The notes under the pieces are model-generated. The model had not been told where the DNA came from, did not search any database, and was given only the letters and a program-made list of their open reading frames with translations. This document shows, in pieces, positions 1-11,600 of a DNA stretch of 64,000 nucleotides. This stretch comes from Klebsormidium nitens (taxonomy: Eukaryota > Plantae > Klebsormidiophyceae), in NCBI GenBank assembly GCA_000708835.1, contig DF236986.1, forward strand, positions 62,001 through 126,000, read 5' to 3'. A program made the translations under genes and the position numbers. Positions within the stretch are counted from its first letter, which is position 1, and each line of letters begins with the position of its first letter.

Positions 1-242
1 TCCCTCTAATCAGAAGTCTTTGGAGAGCAGAAGTCGGATACCTATCTTTCTGAGGATATGTGACGAAGTTTTTAGGGCCTAATTATAATCTTCAGCCTTC
101 AGGGCTGCATGATTGCATGCTAAGGAGATCCGAGTCAGGGCTCGCAAGATCAGTGAATTGCAGCAACAGTACGGTATGTTTCCTTGCTAGGAATACTGTT
201 TTAACAGTACCGCGGCGGCCAGCTTGCGCAGTTGCAAGTATA

Positions 243-496
243 CCGTAGTGGCACGACCCATTCGCACCAAAAATAAATTCGATAGGCCTTGGTGCGTAAA
301 ATTTCGGAAATTATTCTGACCTTGGTGCGAAAGAGCGAAATGGAAATAAACCCAAATGAAGCCTGAAATCGCGTAGAAATGGGCTAAAACACTGTAAAAT
401 TGCCCTTGTGCGATAAGAAAATATCCCCCCGAAATCAGAAAAGCGAAAAAAATAATTTTCGTAAGAGCTTGGTGCGAATGGGTCGTGCCACTACGG
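243..496. mobile_element. Non-autonomous Tc1/mariner-pogo-type MITE (254 bp)
   Basis: Perfect 28-bp TIR CCGTAGTGGCACGACCCATTCGCACCAA (243-270) and its reverse complement (469-496). Flanked by TA at 241-242 and 497-498. AT-rich non-coding interior. Confidence 0.85.
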
Positions 497-1749
497 TATG
501 CTTGTTGCATGCATGCATGCAAAGGCAAAACCAATCATGCAGTGATCACACCAGCTAGTGGAACGGCCACTGCGTCAGCTCGCGCATAGCGTATGAAGAA
601 GGCACAGGTGGACATTTCCGAACTCACTGGTCTGGTCCGGGCCGCCGAAGCGGACGGGCAATTGTCTTCAATGATTGGTATCTGCCAATTGGCAATGTTT
701 GCCTGCTCGACATGATGGGGACGTAGTAGCGGCTGCCCGCGGCCTGCCATTGCCCTGAGCCGCGCGGCCGGGTACATGAAGCAGCGCGGCCGGGCGGCTC
801 AGCGGGTTTTACCTATCCGCAAGTTGGACGTACCGGACGTCGTACAACTTCCCACGGGCGCGCAACGGACGTCCGCATCATGAGATGAGAAGTCGAGCGC
901 TGGTGGGCCTCGAGGGATGCCCCGGCCTGGGTTGCTCGTGGAAGGCACATTCACAGTGTCGGCTACCCGTAGAAACTTGCCGTTTCAAGCCCGAGGATCG
1001 ATTCCAGGGACGAGGCCGAGTTGCATGAAAGCGTTGACAATGCGAACGCCGGAGCATGGCTGCCAGCAGCTAGCGCTAGCAGACCGGGTTAACGATTCGA
1101 TATCTGGGGTGTTGCTGCAACGGCCGCTTCTGTCGAAGGTGTCACAGATTCAGATCACTGCACTCACTGCACACATGCTCCTTCGAATAGCGCTTCCGTT
1201 ACCAATTGGTAACGTCCCGTACTGCCCGGTGCAAGTCACCGCCCTTGATCTTTGACGCCCAAAAACGGCCGGGCTACCGGCCCCCCGATCCCTCCTCTTC
1301 CGATCTCGGCCTTCGAATAATTAAACTTAAAGCAGCAAATCAGTCATATCATGGCAAACACACGCAGTTGCCAGAGCTTGGCTGGGTCCATACCGCAAAA
1401 TGGCCAGGCGGCCATGAGGGTAATATTTCTGGTAGCTAGTGCTGCAGGACTGAAATGCACTGATCGAGCAGTATAACAGATATATGCTGGTTCCTTTTAG
1501 CTGCATTGCCAAATGATCTGTACATCCATGCAGATCAATCTGCGACCCGCGCGGCCATGCCAGTGACCCGGCTGTGAATCCCCTTCACTAAAGCGCGGCA
1601 TGCCGAAGATGCAGTGTCTTTGCACTTAATTTGCCCATGGGCCCGTGAGAAGCTGGCCCGTTCAAGACCGCGGCCGACGGCCTCTTGGACGTCTTTTATA
1701 GTGGTTGCCGGTGCCGCATCAGTGACGGTGCCATCCCGCGGGCGGCCTG

Positions 1750-2516
1750 CACAAGCTACCTATGGTGGGTGTCGACGGTATCGACCGCGTCACGGTCCGG
1801 TATCAAATCTGATTGACCGGTGTCACGCGTCGCGACAAATGTTGTACGCAGTACTAACGACCGTACTCGGCGGTACTTGAGAATTGGGTCCGAGTTCATG
1901 AATGGAAGTTTTTCTGACACGTCGATAAACGGGCAATTGCGTACTAGCCGGAGGTACGGTACCGTCGCGCGAGACTTGAGTCTGCGCGTCCAAATATTGA
2001 ATTTCATGGTCTTGGTCGGAACTTCCGACTTGTACCGAGCAAGAGTACCGCGGTACCCAGAGTGAAAGAAGAGTGCAGAGATTTGATAAAGGAGTGTAAG
2101 AGAAGGCGCTGTTCAAAATCCAACGATGGCGGCCAACTTTGCGCCTCCTATGCTGCTACTTGAGATTTGTCCTGAACAAAACATGATGTTGGAGCTTCCA
2201 AGGACACCTAATGACGCCCCCCCAACATTTTTTTTCGCTTGTCAGAGGTTTCTGCATGTTGCATAAGCCTCGTCTTAGTGTGGCATTTTGATGCTTTCGT
2301 CAAAGTGTAAAATATTACACTCTTTAACAATTTCATGACACTCACTTACGGCCGAGCAATTTTTTCTGAGTACTCGAATCGTACATGTTTCGGAAGTCCG
2401 AGTCACCGTGACGTAAACCGCCGGTACTACTGACAGAATTTGATACCGGGTCCCACATTTTCGTTGCGGTTCGAGTCGGAGTCGACTCGGCCGGAACCCA
2501 CCGTAGGTAGCTTGTG
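1750..2516. mobile_element. Non-autonomous TIR element with CAC...GTG termini (CMC/CACTA-like, tentative)
   Basis: 21-bp TIR CACAAGCTACCTATGGTGGGT (1750-1770) vs ACCCACCGTAGGTAGCTTGTG (2496-2516), 1 mismatch. TG on both flanks (possible 2-bp TSD). Subterminal inverted motif CCGGTATCAAAT (~1797 and ~2438-2449). Clustered GTAC motifs near both ends. Confidence 0.7.
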
Positions 2517-3049
2517 TGGCCAAAGATTCCGGGCAGCTTTTCAATTTCTGCCGCCGCAATTGGTCAACGCACTTCTTCGGCGTGCATGCTTGCATTAGTA
2601 GGTGGCGGCCCGAACTCGGAAGTACATTGCAAGCTTTCATTTTCGAAGTATCCTGCATGATTCTACTCGTTGATGAACTTCTAAAATTCTCATGATTGAA
2701 ATTGATGCTACAAATTAATTGAAGAGACAAGTAGCTCCGGCTTTATGAGACGGTATGCATTCGTAGTAAAGTGGACGGAGGTCCGCCTTGGCAGATTGCC
2801 GAAGGCATATGCCTCACAGGCTATCCGGTTACCACACAGCCGAAGGCAAGTGCATTTTAGTGTCTTGTCTTGGCCCCCTGAGATGGCGCAAAATGTGACT
2901 GATTCCCAGATTGCCATCTTGCATACGGGTTGCAGCGCGCATCGACCGAGCAACGATATGGTTCCGTACAAAATACGTCAGTGTCGTGCGGCACCTTGCA
3001 CAAACAGGGCCCGCTGAAGGGACTCGAGTCCGCGGCCTCAACACGCAAT

Positions 3050-6000
3050 CTACACGGCTTCGAGTAGTCGCTCCTTATCCTTCTCCAGAGGGTCGCCCTC
3101 GGGGCCGTCCCACATCTCCCAAAACTCTTTTCGAAGCCACGCCGAGAAGAGGACGGGGCCCAGCGTGGAGGGAACCTGCGGAAATATGCGACGAAAGGTC
3201 AGACACGGAAACACACATAATCGATGGCATAAGGGAAACTTCTTAGGTGGCCGTCCGGTGTGGAATCCCGAATTTTCGCCTCGAGAAGCGATGCATTCGT
3301 CTGGGCTTGTGAAGGGACTCTAGGAAAATATTCAGTGGACTGCGCAGTTCGCAGGCTCCAGCGACGTCGAGGATAAAGCAGCCTTTGAGACCATTCCTCG
3401 CGGTTTCTGGCGACATCAGATTGGCCTAGAGCTTCGTCGTAAGCTGTCCACGCATGACAGAAGACAAGCGCCACCGTCCCACTCAAAGGCGTCGCCAGAA
3501 CGAATCGACAGAAAGACTCGTGCCGGAAGTCTCAGCAGCTTACTCCGTACTTGCAAGCGCCCCATTTTTTCCAATAACAGCTGAAGGCACGACACCCTCA
3601 CGGGACATCCAGCCAACACCCGGACACCTTTAGTGGGACTGTTAGCGGCTGAAAGGATCTCGTAAGCACTTGACCAAGAATAAGACGCGCGTTGGGGTTT
3701 GAAGGTAACCTGAAAAGCAGGTCAGATCCCTGCTGCGAGCGCCCCTGAGAGACTTGTCGCCTATCCTACTCACGCCCGTAGCTCTTCTAACCGCTTCGTT
3801 CACCGCATATTTGTGAGCGTCTCACCGTCCAGATATAGAGCGTGGCTGGGCTGCCACGTGTCGCGAGCGTGGCGCCAGCTTGGATGACACTTATCACGCA
3901 TAAGAGCGTGCTTGAAAAGCGCATGAGCGGGATTTACGAGCAGCTCACCAGCTACAAGAGCGCGGGCTGGGTTAATCACATCAGCCCCCCAACCCCGACC
4001 GCGAGTAACAATACGAAGCCCATCGCCCGCCCCACCAGTAAATAGATACAAACAAGAATAACCAAACTAGATCAACAAAATGCCAATACCAAGCCGCACC
4101 TTCAAACCCAAAATGCCGGCGATATGCCAGATGAAAGTGGGGATAAACCAAAAGGCTTACCGGACTCAAAACGCAATCCTTCCATCCGATTCATGATCAA
4201 GTAAGCTCCGCAGAGCACCACAGCGTGTTCGTAAAAGCGCCTCACTGAGTATTAAAGGGCCGGCTGGGCTGATCGTGTCAGCACTTCCTCTGCCAGCGGC
4301 CGCCACGAGCCCAACTGCATACCCGATCCACTATAAGACATGACTGTTCAGATAACGTGTTTGTATAAGCGCCTCACCAAGTATAAGAGCGCGGGCTGGG
4401 CTGATCGCGTCAGCACCCCCGCTGCGAGTGCTGCTACGAGCCCAACCGCGTACCCGACCGACGCCTGCCGGAAGTATCGATGCCGCGGGGCCCCCGCCCG
4501 GGGCTCGTCCCGCTCTTTCCGCTTGTCGAAGCTGAGGATCAACGCCAACAGCATGCCCGGAATGGCCTGCGAATACGGAGGTTACGATGACCTCAGCTGA
4601 CGTCATTTTGGGGGGGGAGTGAAAGATAGACCACGCTTCCATACTGAAAGAAAGAAACAGCCTGGGAGTCCAGGATTCGGTTAACTTTCTTCTTATTTCG
4701 ACCCTGAGGAGGAGCGCCATCAGCATGCCAGAACTGGCCTGCAAAAATGGAGGGCTCTATGAAGTCAGCTGATGTTATTTTAAGGGGGCGGATCTTTACA
4801 AGCAGGACTGCACTTCCGCATCGTGAAGTAGACACCTTGGCACCCCGGAGTTGTTCCGCTCTGTACGCTTGTCAAAGCTGAGGACGTCATCTATCTTATG
4901 TCAATCAAGGAGCCAGTGCTCGGGGACTGCACTGGCTCACGTCTTTTCTCACGTCTTTTTGGACTTTAGACACCAAAGAGATCGTTGCCACAATGCCGGC
5001 CGAAATTGGCGGATTGTACGAGCCGGCAAATCTGACCATCGTCTAAGCATGGTGCAAGTATGGGCCGCTTCATGAGGAGATCGCTGTCGGTTGGAAGCGA
5101 ATTATCCCCGTCGACGTGTCAAGTCTGCTTGGACTCACCGTACAGCGTTACGAAGTCAGCAAGGCAGTCATTGGACTCCTTGAGATAGCTTTCCTGCTTG
5201 AGAAAGCTCCTATCGTGCTCACAACTCAGAGCACAAGCCGAAGATCTCCTTTCACAATCAAAGGGCTCTGCGTTGGCCATTTTCACATGACGGACAACTT
5301 CCCATCCTCAGGCAAAAGGCACAAGATACCAGGAGAAAGACTCCATCTCACAGCTTAGCCTTTCAATACAGGAGCTGAGAAGAACGTTCCCAGCAGAAGC
5401 TGGAACTTATCAAAGGTGCAAAAGCGTCTCACCATATCCCCCAGCCCCAGCATCATACAGTCCGGCTGCGCCCCGGCCGCCGTTTGCCCCCCGAACAAGT
5501 CCCTCGGAAACACCAGCTTCACCGGCAGGTCCAGTTTCTTCGTCACGGCGGCCGACACGGGAATGTTCAGCGAGTCCGCCACGGTCCGCACAGGATTGTG
5601 CGCCTGCTGCGTCGCGACCGCGACCATGACATTGCTCCCGAAGAACTGCTCCGAGAAAAACACCCAGAAGACGTCGTACACGAACAGACACCCGAGGAGC
5701 AGCGCGCAGATGCGCACGTTGGGGAGGCGCACGTGGCTGATGAACGCAACGCAGATCGCGGTGCCGAGCGCGTTGTTGAGGAGCCAGTGGCCCGTGACGA
5801 GCCAGAGGGTAACTAGGGTGGTGGCGAGAAGGGAGAGCAGGAGCTGGCTGCGGGAGAGCACGCCGCACGGGCAGCGCAGGGCGGTTTGGTCCAGGAGACC
5901 GACTTTGGTGAGGAGGTGCGAGACGAGCGGAGCGAGGCAGAAAACGAGGGACGCGCCCGCCGCGACACTAGTGATACCTGGAAGGAGGAACGAGAAGTGT

Positions 6001-7670
6001 TTAGGAAGAGGGGGCCCAATGAGGAAGTGGGGTTGCTCATTCGTCGTTAGGAGGAATTATTACAACGTGGGCCTTCTTCCTTGTACGGATAGGTTAGAAG
6101 GGGGGAGGGCAGTAGAACCCGCTTTTGTGAGGGGGTGCGAGACGAGCGAGGCGAGGCAGAGGACGAGGGAGGCTCCGGCTGCCACACTAGTGATACCTGG
6201 GGTTAGGGGAAGCAAAAAGGTGGTCAGAAGGGCGGGGGGGGGTTACAGACCCGCTTTCGTTGTGAGGTGCGACGCGAGTGGGGCAAGGCAGAAAACGAGG
6301 AACGCGCCGGCCGCGACAATGGAAACGAGAGATGAGAACAACACGAGAAGTGGCTTGGGTGGAGACTGTGACCTTCCCAGGGGGAAGGGGGGTCGAAGAG
6401 TGCATGAATAGGGGGAGGGAAGCTAGAACAAGCTCAGGTGGAGAGGTAAGCAATGGCAGCGACGCTGGTGGTGCCTCTGGGGGGAAGCAAGTGAGTATGT
6501 GGATTGAAGTGGGAGGGAGGGAAGACGTGCTGAAAGGTGAGGCGGGGGGGCTGAGACAAGTCGAGGGGAAAAGAGAGTGCACTGGCGTTACTGGAGATGC
6601 CTCCGGGGGGGGACTGTAGACTCGATAACAGGGGAGGAAAGGAGTGGGGACATGCTGAAAGAAGGGAAGAAGGAAGATACAATTGCAGAGGCAAAGAAAT
6701 CAAGACAAGGCGAGGTGAGGAGCGGAAGGGCACTGGCGGCAACATTGAGGATGCTGGGCGGGGGGGGGGGGCATTGTTGTGAGGACAGGCTTCAGCTCAA
6801 AGAAGAACCTGCTCAAGGGTTACATGAAGTAAAAGCAGGGGGAGGGAGAAGCAATCTAAGAAGAGACTTTGAAGGTGGAGCACAAGAACAGGCCATATTG
6901 TGCGCGAAAACGTGCGATTTGCAGGAAGCTCCTGCTATGCAAACCAACAATTGCTGTTTCCGCCAAGTCGAAGGCCTGCTGCCCGCGCTCTTTCCCCCAA
7001 TTCAAGCCTGCTGCCATCATCAAACTCTCCTGTTTTGCTGCCTGATGAGAGCGAATACCCTTTTGTGAGAAAAGGAAGCCTGAACAAGGTAAGCACGAAA
7101 AGAGGTGCATTACGATGATCTTTGACGGGACAACCCCACAAGAGAGCAATCCCATGCAGCATCAGAGGCACAACCACGTACATGATCAGGAGCCTGCCCT
7201 CATTCTACGAATGGTGCCTCACAGGTCGCTGAAATGAACATGTGAATCGCAAACTACAGAAGCTGGCTCAAGGAGGACTGCAGCTGCACTTGTTAGGTTG
7301 TCCTGCAGCACTCTGGCGGTCCATCTCCTTCTGCAAGACAATGTCGATCGTAATGTGGCCCAAAAAGCAGCTCACCACATGATCAGCAAGCCGAGCTCAG
7401 CTTTTGAAAACCCTCACATGTGATGATCCCGCTGACCTTGGAGAAAAGGTAAAACATGACCAGCAAGCTGCACGAGCTGGCCACCGGAATGAGCAGCGCC
7501 TGTCTAGAGTCGAGCGTGATGGACTGCTCCTGCAGATCTTTGTGCCGCTCGGTCTCTCGTGTGTGCAGATACGCTCGCTGCGCTGCCAGGGAGACCACTG
7601 TGCAGGCCGTGACCATCAGCAGCACGGCGGCCGGCTCGAGAAGGTAAAGCAGATTGGAAAGGGGCTCCAT
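3050..7670 (-). CDS. SPPL1: Signal peptide peptidase-like 1 (GxGD aspartyl intramembrane protease, family A22B), 370 aa
   Basis: Exons 7418-7670, 5433-5977, 4378-4566, 3050-3175; all GT-AG, phases consistent, 1113 nt. Encodes YDVFWVF, LGLGDM|AIPG and QPALLYL|VPSTLGP motifs. N-terminus [14 protein letters not shown] and the body match plant SPPL1 as I recall it. Confidence 0.95.
3810..4460 (-). repeat. Four tandem copies of the SPPL1 exon 3 3' end plus donor site
   Basis: Real donor GT at 4376-4377; diverged copies with intact GTGAG donors at 4244-4245, 3947-3948 and 3824-3825, each preceded (minus strand) by sequence resembling ...QPALLYL. Confidence 0.8.
4026..4115 (-). pseudogene. cox3: Fragment of mitochondrial-type cytochrome c oxidase subunit III C-terminus (NUMT-like)
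   Basis: 30 codons [30 protein letters not shown] match the conserved Cox3 C-terminal motif ([29 protein letters not shown]). AT-rich, TGG for Trp, no recognisable upstream Cox3 sequence. Lies in SPPL1 intron 3. Confidence 0.85.
4520..4885 (-). repeat. Duplicated acceptor plus 5' end of SPPL1 exon 3 in intron 2
   Basis: 4720-4781 resembles 4550-4609 and keeps an AG at 4739-4740 (real AG at 4567-4568). A further partial exon copy lies at ~4841-4885. Confidence 0.7.
5895..6325 (-). repeat. Duplicated acceptor plus 5' end of SPPL1 exon 2 in intron 1
   Basis: GTGCGAGACGAGCG..GCGAGGCAGA..ACGAGGGA...ACACTAGTGATACCTGG recurs at ~5916-5981 (real, AG 5978-5979) and ~6135-6200 (AG 6197-6198), with a more degenerate copy at ~6266-6320. 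Confidence 0.75.
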
Positions 7671-8628
7671 TGCGTGCTAGAACGGGCGTGCCGGCGCAGG
7701 CGCTGCTGAAAGGAAGATGAGGGTCAAACTTGTGCTGCGCCAGACGCAGAATTCAAACTAACTGCTTGACTGAACATCATTCTTTGAAGGTCTGGAGACT
7801 GCCGTGTAAAGTACCGAGGCTAAAGCATATCCTTAATCAGGTTTTTGTCAACATGACTTGCCTCTTGGACGTCGATTCTAGCAGCGAGGGACCTGCACAG
7901 CTACATAGAGCTGCCGCTAGGACCACATGAAGAAGCGAAGAAAGGGAGCAAAGAAGGGAACGGAACACCTGAATATGCTGCCAGGTTCTGATTCAAAAAG
8001 CTCCTGATGAATGGGGCTCGACAGGCTAGATAGCCACTAGCTAGACAACGTACGGAGACAAGCGTGATGCTGACCGTCCATCTTCATGGAGGCGATCACA
8101 ATCGACGGCACAGAGGAGAGGGACCCCGTGCATTTTGAATGCTTTCCAACCTAGTTCAGTTGAGCAAATCGAGGCCGTCAACGATGAAGAGTCGCTCACA
8201 TCTGACGGCAAAAACATGCTATGTCGGAAAGCAGGCATATAGAAAACTGCCATGTGGCGCGGTTGTCACGCAACTGTAAGTGTGACTCAAAAGGTGCGCC
8301 GCCCACGTCTGCGAGCACATGATGGAGAAAGAAAGATGCCGCCACTGGCACAGCTGATCCCAGCATAGAAATGAGAAAGTGAGCATTTGAGCTCGTCTCT
8401 CCAGCTGCAGGGGCTTTCCTTCAGAAGCATTCATAAGGTTTGCTTGAGATTGCTTCGTGGTGTTCTCATTCTCCTCCTCACCCACGCTACTCGATCAATG
8501 TGAAGGGGTGCTACCGCATCTTCTGGAAGCCAGTTGCTCCTTCTTCGTCTGCTGAGACTGGTGAACTCTTCAGCTTCAAGCCTATTCCCACCAATTGAAT
8601 CACGACCAGATTTTCCAAAACATCAACC
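7671..8628. promoter_or_regulatory. Divergent intergenic region, candidate bidirectional promoter SPPL1/MGL
   Basis: Head-to-head arrangement, 958 bp between predicted start codons. Inferred from gene geometry only; no motif assigned. Confidence 0.4.
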
Positions 8629-11600
8629 ATGGTGATCAGAGAGGACCGCGCCAAACCTCCGGCTCACACCAGTTTCCAGGCTTCAGCACTGCATGCACTG
8701 GGTGGCACCCCCCCCAAGCAGAACAAACCCCTCGAGGAAGCTGGTTCAGAGTCTCCAGCACGCTCAATGGACTTATTCACACCACTGTCCGGTTTGGCTG
8801 GCGAGTTGTGCAGGCCACGCACAGTTGGGGGGGCAGCTGGCCCTGCTGATGGGGGGAGTGATGCGGAGGGGGAGAGGGAGGTTGGAATCAAGAGGAAGGG
8901 CAGCTACAATCCTGTCAAGAGCAAGAGGGCAAAGGAGGTGTCAGAAGGTGAGATACATTGGGGTTCTTTGGGCCTTCCTTTAGGGTGTGAAGTTCTGCCT
9001 CTTCCACATCTCTTCTCCAGTTTCCAAGTTTCTGCTCACGTGTCCAAGCGACTTCGGTTCAGAGTGAGATGCATGAACATCTACTTCTAAGAAAGAAGAT
9101 TGAAAATCCAGTGTAGTCCGGAACTCAAGTAACTACAAGGAAACACATAATGGAATTATGGAGGAAGGAAACTAAGAACCAAAGCGTCCTTTAAAACCGC
9201 CCCCTGAATGGTTGTCTTGCACTTCGCGCTTGTAGCTGCCAGAACTCTCAGCCATGCCTCTTGAGTTTCAGAGATATGAATTGTTGAAGAAGCATACAGA
9301 AGATTGAGGAGCTGGCACCTTCTGGTCCCATCAACTGTAGTGATATCGTTTTTCAGAGAGGAGGGACCAAAACAGAGTGCACCGAGAAAGGGGATGAACC
9401 TGCGTTGTCAGGCTATTTTTGAAATATTTGATTCTGAATGACTCTTTTAGAAATGCGTCATCGTTGAAGCTGACATCAAAATCATCATCACAGAAAACCA
9501 TCACAGAGAACAGGCGAAGGCTAGTCAACAAAGGTTCACCGCTGTGATTGCATTGTCTGAGCACTCGACGATCATTCATCAGGACTGATGCATTCGTAGG
9601 TGAAATTGCACGGTACCTGGGGATAAGAAGCAAGAGAACCTTCAGGGATGGTTTGGTTGAGAACTGTTCATGAACCTGTTGTAACCTTCATAAACGCGGA
9701 GTCAAAGCTTGACCTAGACCGGAACCCCCTTGAAACCAGATCAGAAGGTGGCAGAGGAAAAGGAGCTCAACTGCAAAAACCACAGGCCAATAGGTGAGTC
9801 AAGTGCAAATCGTGAGCGCAAAGTCCCGTGATAAAGTATCTAGATTAGACAAGGTTACTGACTGTGCTTCTGGATCCTTTTGCTTGCAGGAAATGAGAGT
9901 CAGCCAATATACTTACCAGAGGGGCTGGAGGCAGTCCTGGACGGCGTGCACCAGAATGGAGAGTCCGATTTTGATCCGGTCCAAGCTCTTGCCAGCACAC
10001 GCCACGAGTTTGGGGAGCATGGCGGAGGTCAGTTGGTTTTGCACAGCAGAGAGGGTTTCTTCACCTGAGAGGTATTTGTGAGGTGCCAGTGTTCCACACT
10101 CGCAGCAATGAGAAGCACAACTGGAAAGGCTTGTCAGTTTGTGGCAAGTCATGGTCTTGTGTCCACATTGGGACATTTTTGTCACGACTGGAACAGACTC
10201 CTTTGTGAAGCTCTGCTGAATATGTCAACAGTTTTGCTGATGACAATGTAGTGTGTACTCAGAAGCTTGCTATATTTTCCACATGTCGGAGAGGGTTGGC
10301 CAGTACTCACATCTTTTGTTGTAACGTTGAGGGCGACGTTCTCGTGGTTTGCTGTTGTGCAGTCAACATGAGCGTTGAGAACTCCACTACGTTCACCGTC
10401 ATGAAGGTCAGTGCACAAAGCTCAATTGCAGCTTAGACAATCTCTACTTTTCTTGCTTCAGTGCTTGGCTCTTACTCAGGCTTACGTGCTAAATACATTT
10501 CTGTTCTGAGCGCTTTGGTTCCAGATAACCTGCGCGATACTTAAGATCTTGGGTAGGTATTGCTCTTTGCATGAGATGAGAACCGAGTTCAACAGAAACA
10601 TTGATGGTTTATTCCATATCTTGAGCCGGTTGCCATGTAGGGGCCAGTGCTTATTTGAAGGTTGGATCCAGATCTTATGAAGAGGTTATTCTGACGGCAG
10701 TTTTTTCGTGTCATGCAGCCTGAAACGATGGAGAAGATTTTCAAGGGCCAGGTGAGTAGAGCTAGACGTACTCCCTTCTTAGGTGGAGCGCGCCATGTAT
10801 TTTTCTTACAAAGAGTGCGCTGATGTAAAGTGTATGTATGCAGGTGAACTTAAAGGTTGATCATCATCTTCGTAATTAGACAGAGACGTAGTCTTTTATC
10901 ATGCACAAGCGGCGCACTCGCGGCAGCTGCTGAGATGAGAAGTAGCAGCATAGCTTCTGGGTCCAGATGTGCCAGCTGAAGTGCTCAACTCAGCCCCAGA
11001 CAATCTTCATTTGATTCATTCGCTGCATCTCGCTGAAGATCATGCCGAGCGATCACTACCATGGATGAATGCGTGCAGACTGAGAAGTAGCCTCTGCTGA
11101 GAGGTTCCGCCCTTTCCGGTTCTTGTGCAGCTCGGCCCGGAGAATGGTGGCACCGACGGGTTCTATCTGTACTCGAGGCACTTCAACCCGACTGTCATGG
11201 TGTTCAGGTAAGCTGTTCTTTCATTTTCCCGCTCCAGCGGCTCTAGACTGATTAGAAGACTCTAAGAGGAGACAAGAAAACGAAGGAGCTGTTGAGGTTC
11301 TACTTGAATCCTCGTTCTTGTGGCTTTGCAGTCCTCTGAAATCTGCCCTCCGAAATGTCTTTTGTCTTTTGGACCGTGAGCCGCAAAGGCAGCTTACTTG
11401 AGGCTGCGGACTTTGTCTTCACAACCCTGCGTGATGCCAAAAGGACGGCGATACTCGATCTATCACGATAATCGCACCTGATTTGTTTTCTATATCGGAC
11501 CACGTGTGCAGCCGCCAGATGGCAGCCATGGAGGGCACCGAGTCGGCGTATTGCACCGCCAGCGGCATGGCGGCGATTGCGTGCAGCGTCCTCCAGGCTG

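Noticed and set aside
535-900. 80-aa minus ORF and GC-rich tract near the window start
   Set aside because: No motif or consistent splice partner; cannot support a gene.
3400-3620. Possible degenerate copies of the SPPL1 last exon
   Set aside because: Only short word matches (e.g. CCGTCCCAC); too weak by eye.
5416-6411. 331-aa plus-strand ORF, the longest in the track
   Set aside because: Antisense shadow of GC-rich SPPL1 exon 2 plus the purine-rich junction repeats; no independent motif.
6760-6771. G12 run and G-rich intron (G-quadruplex candidate)
   Set aside because: Simple homopolymer in a purine-skewed intron; no evidence of function.
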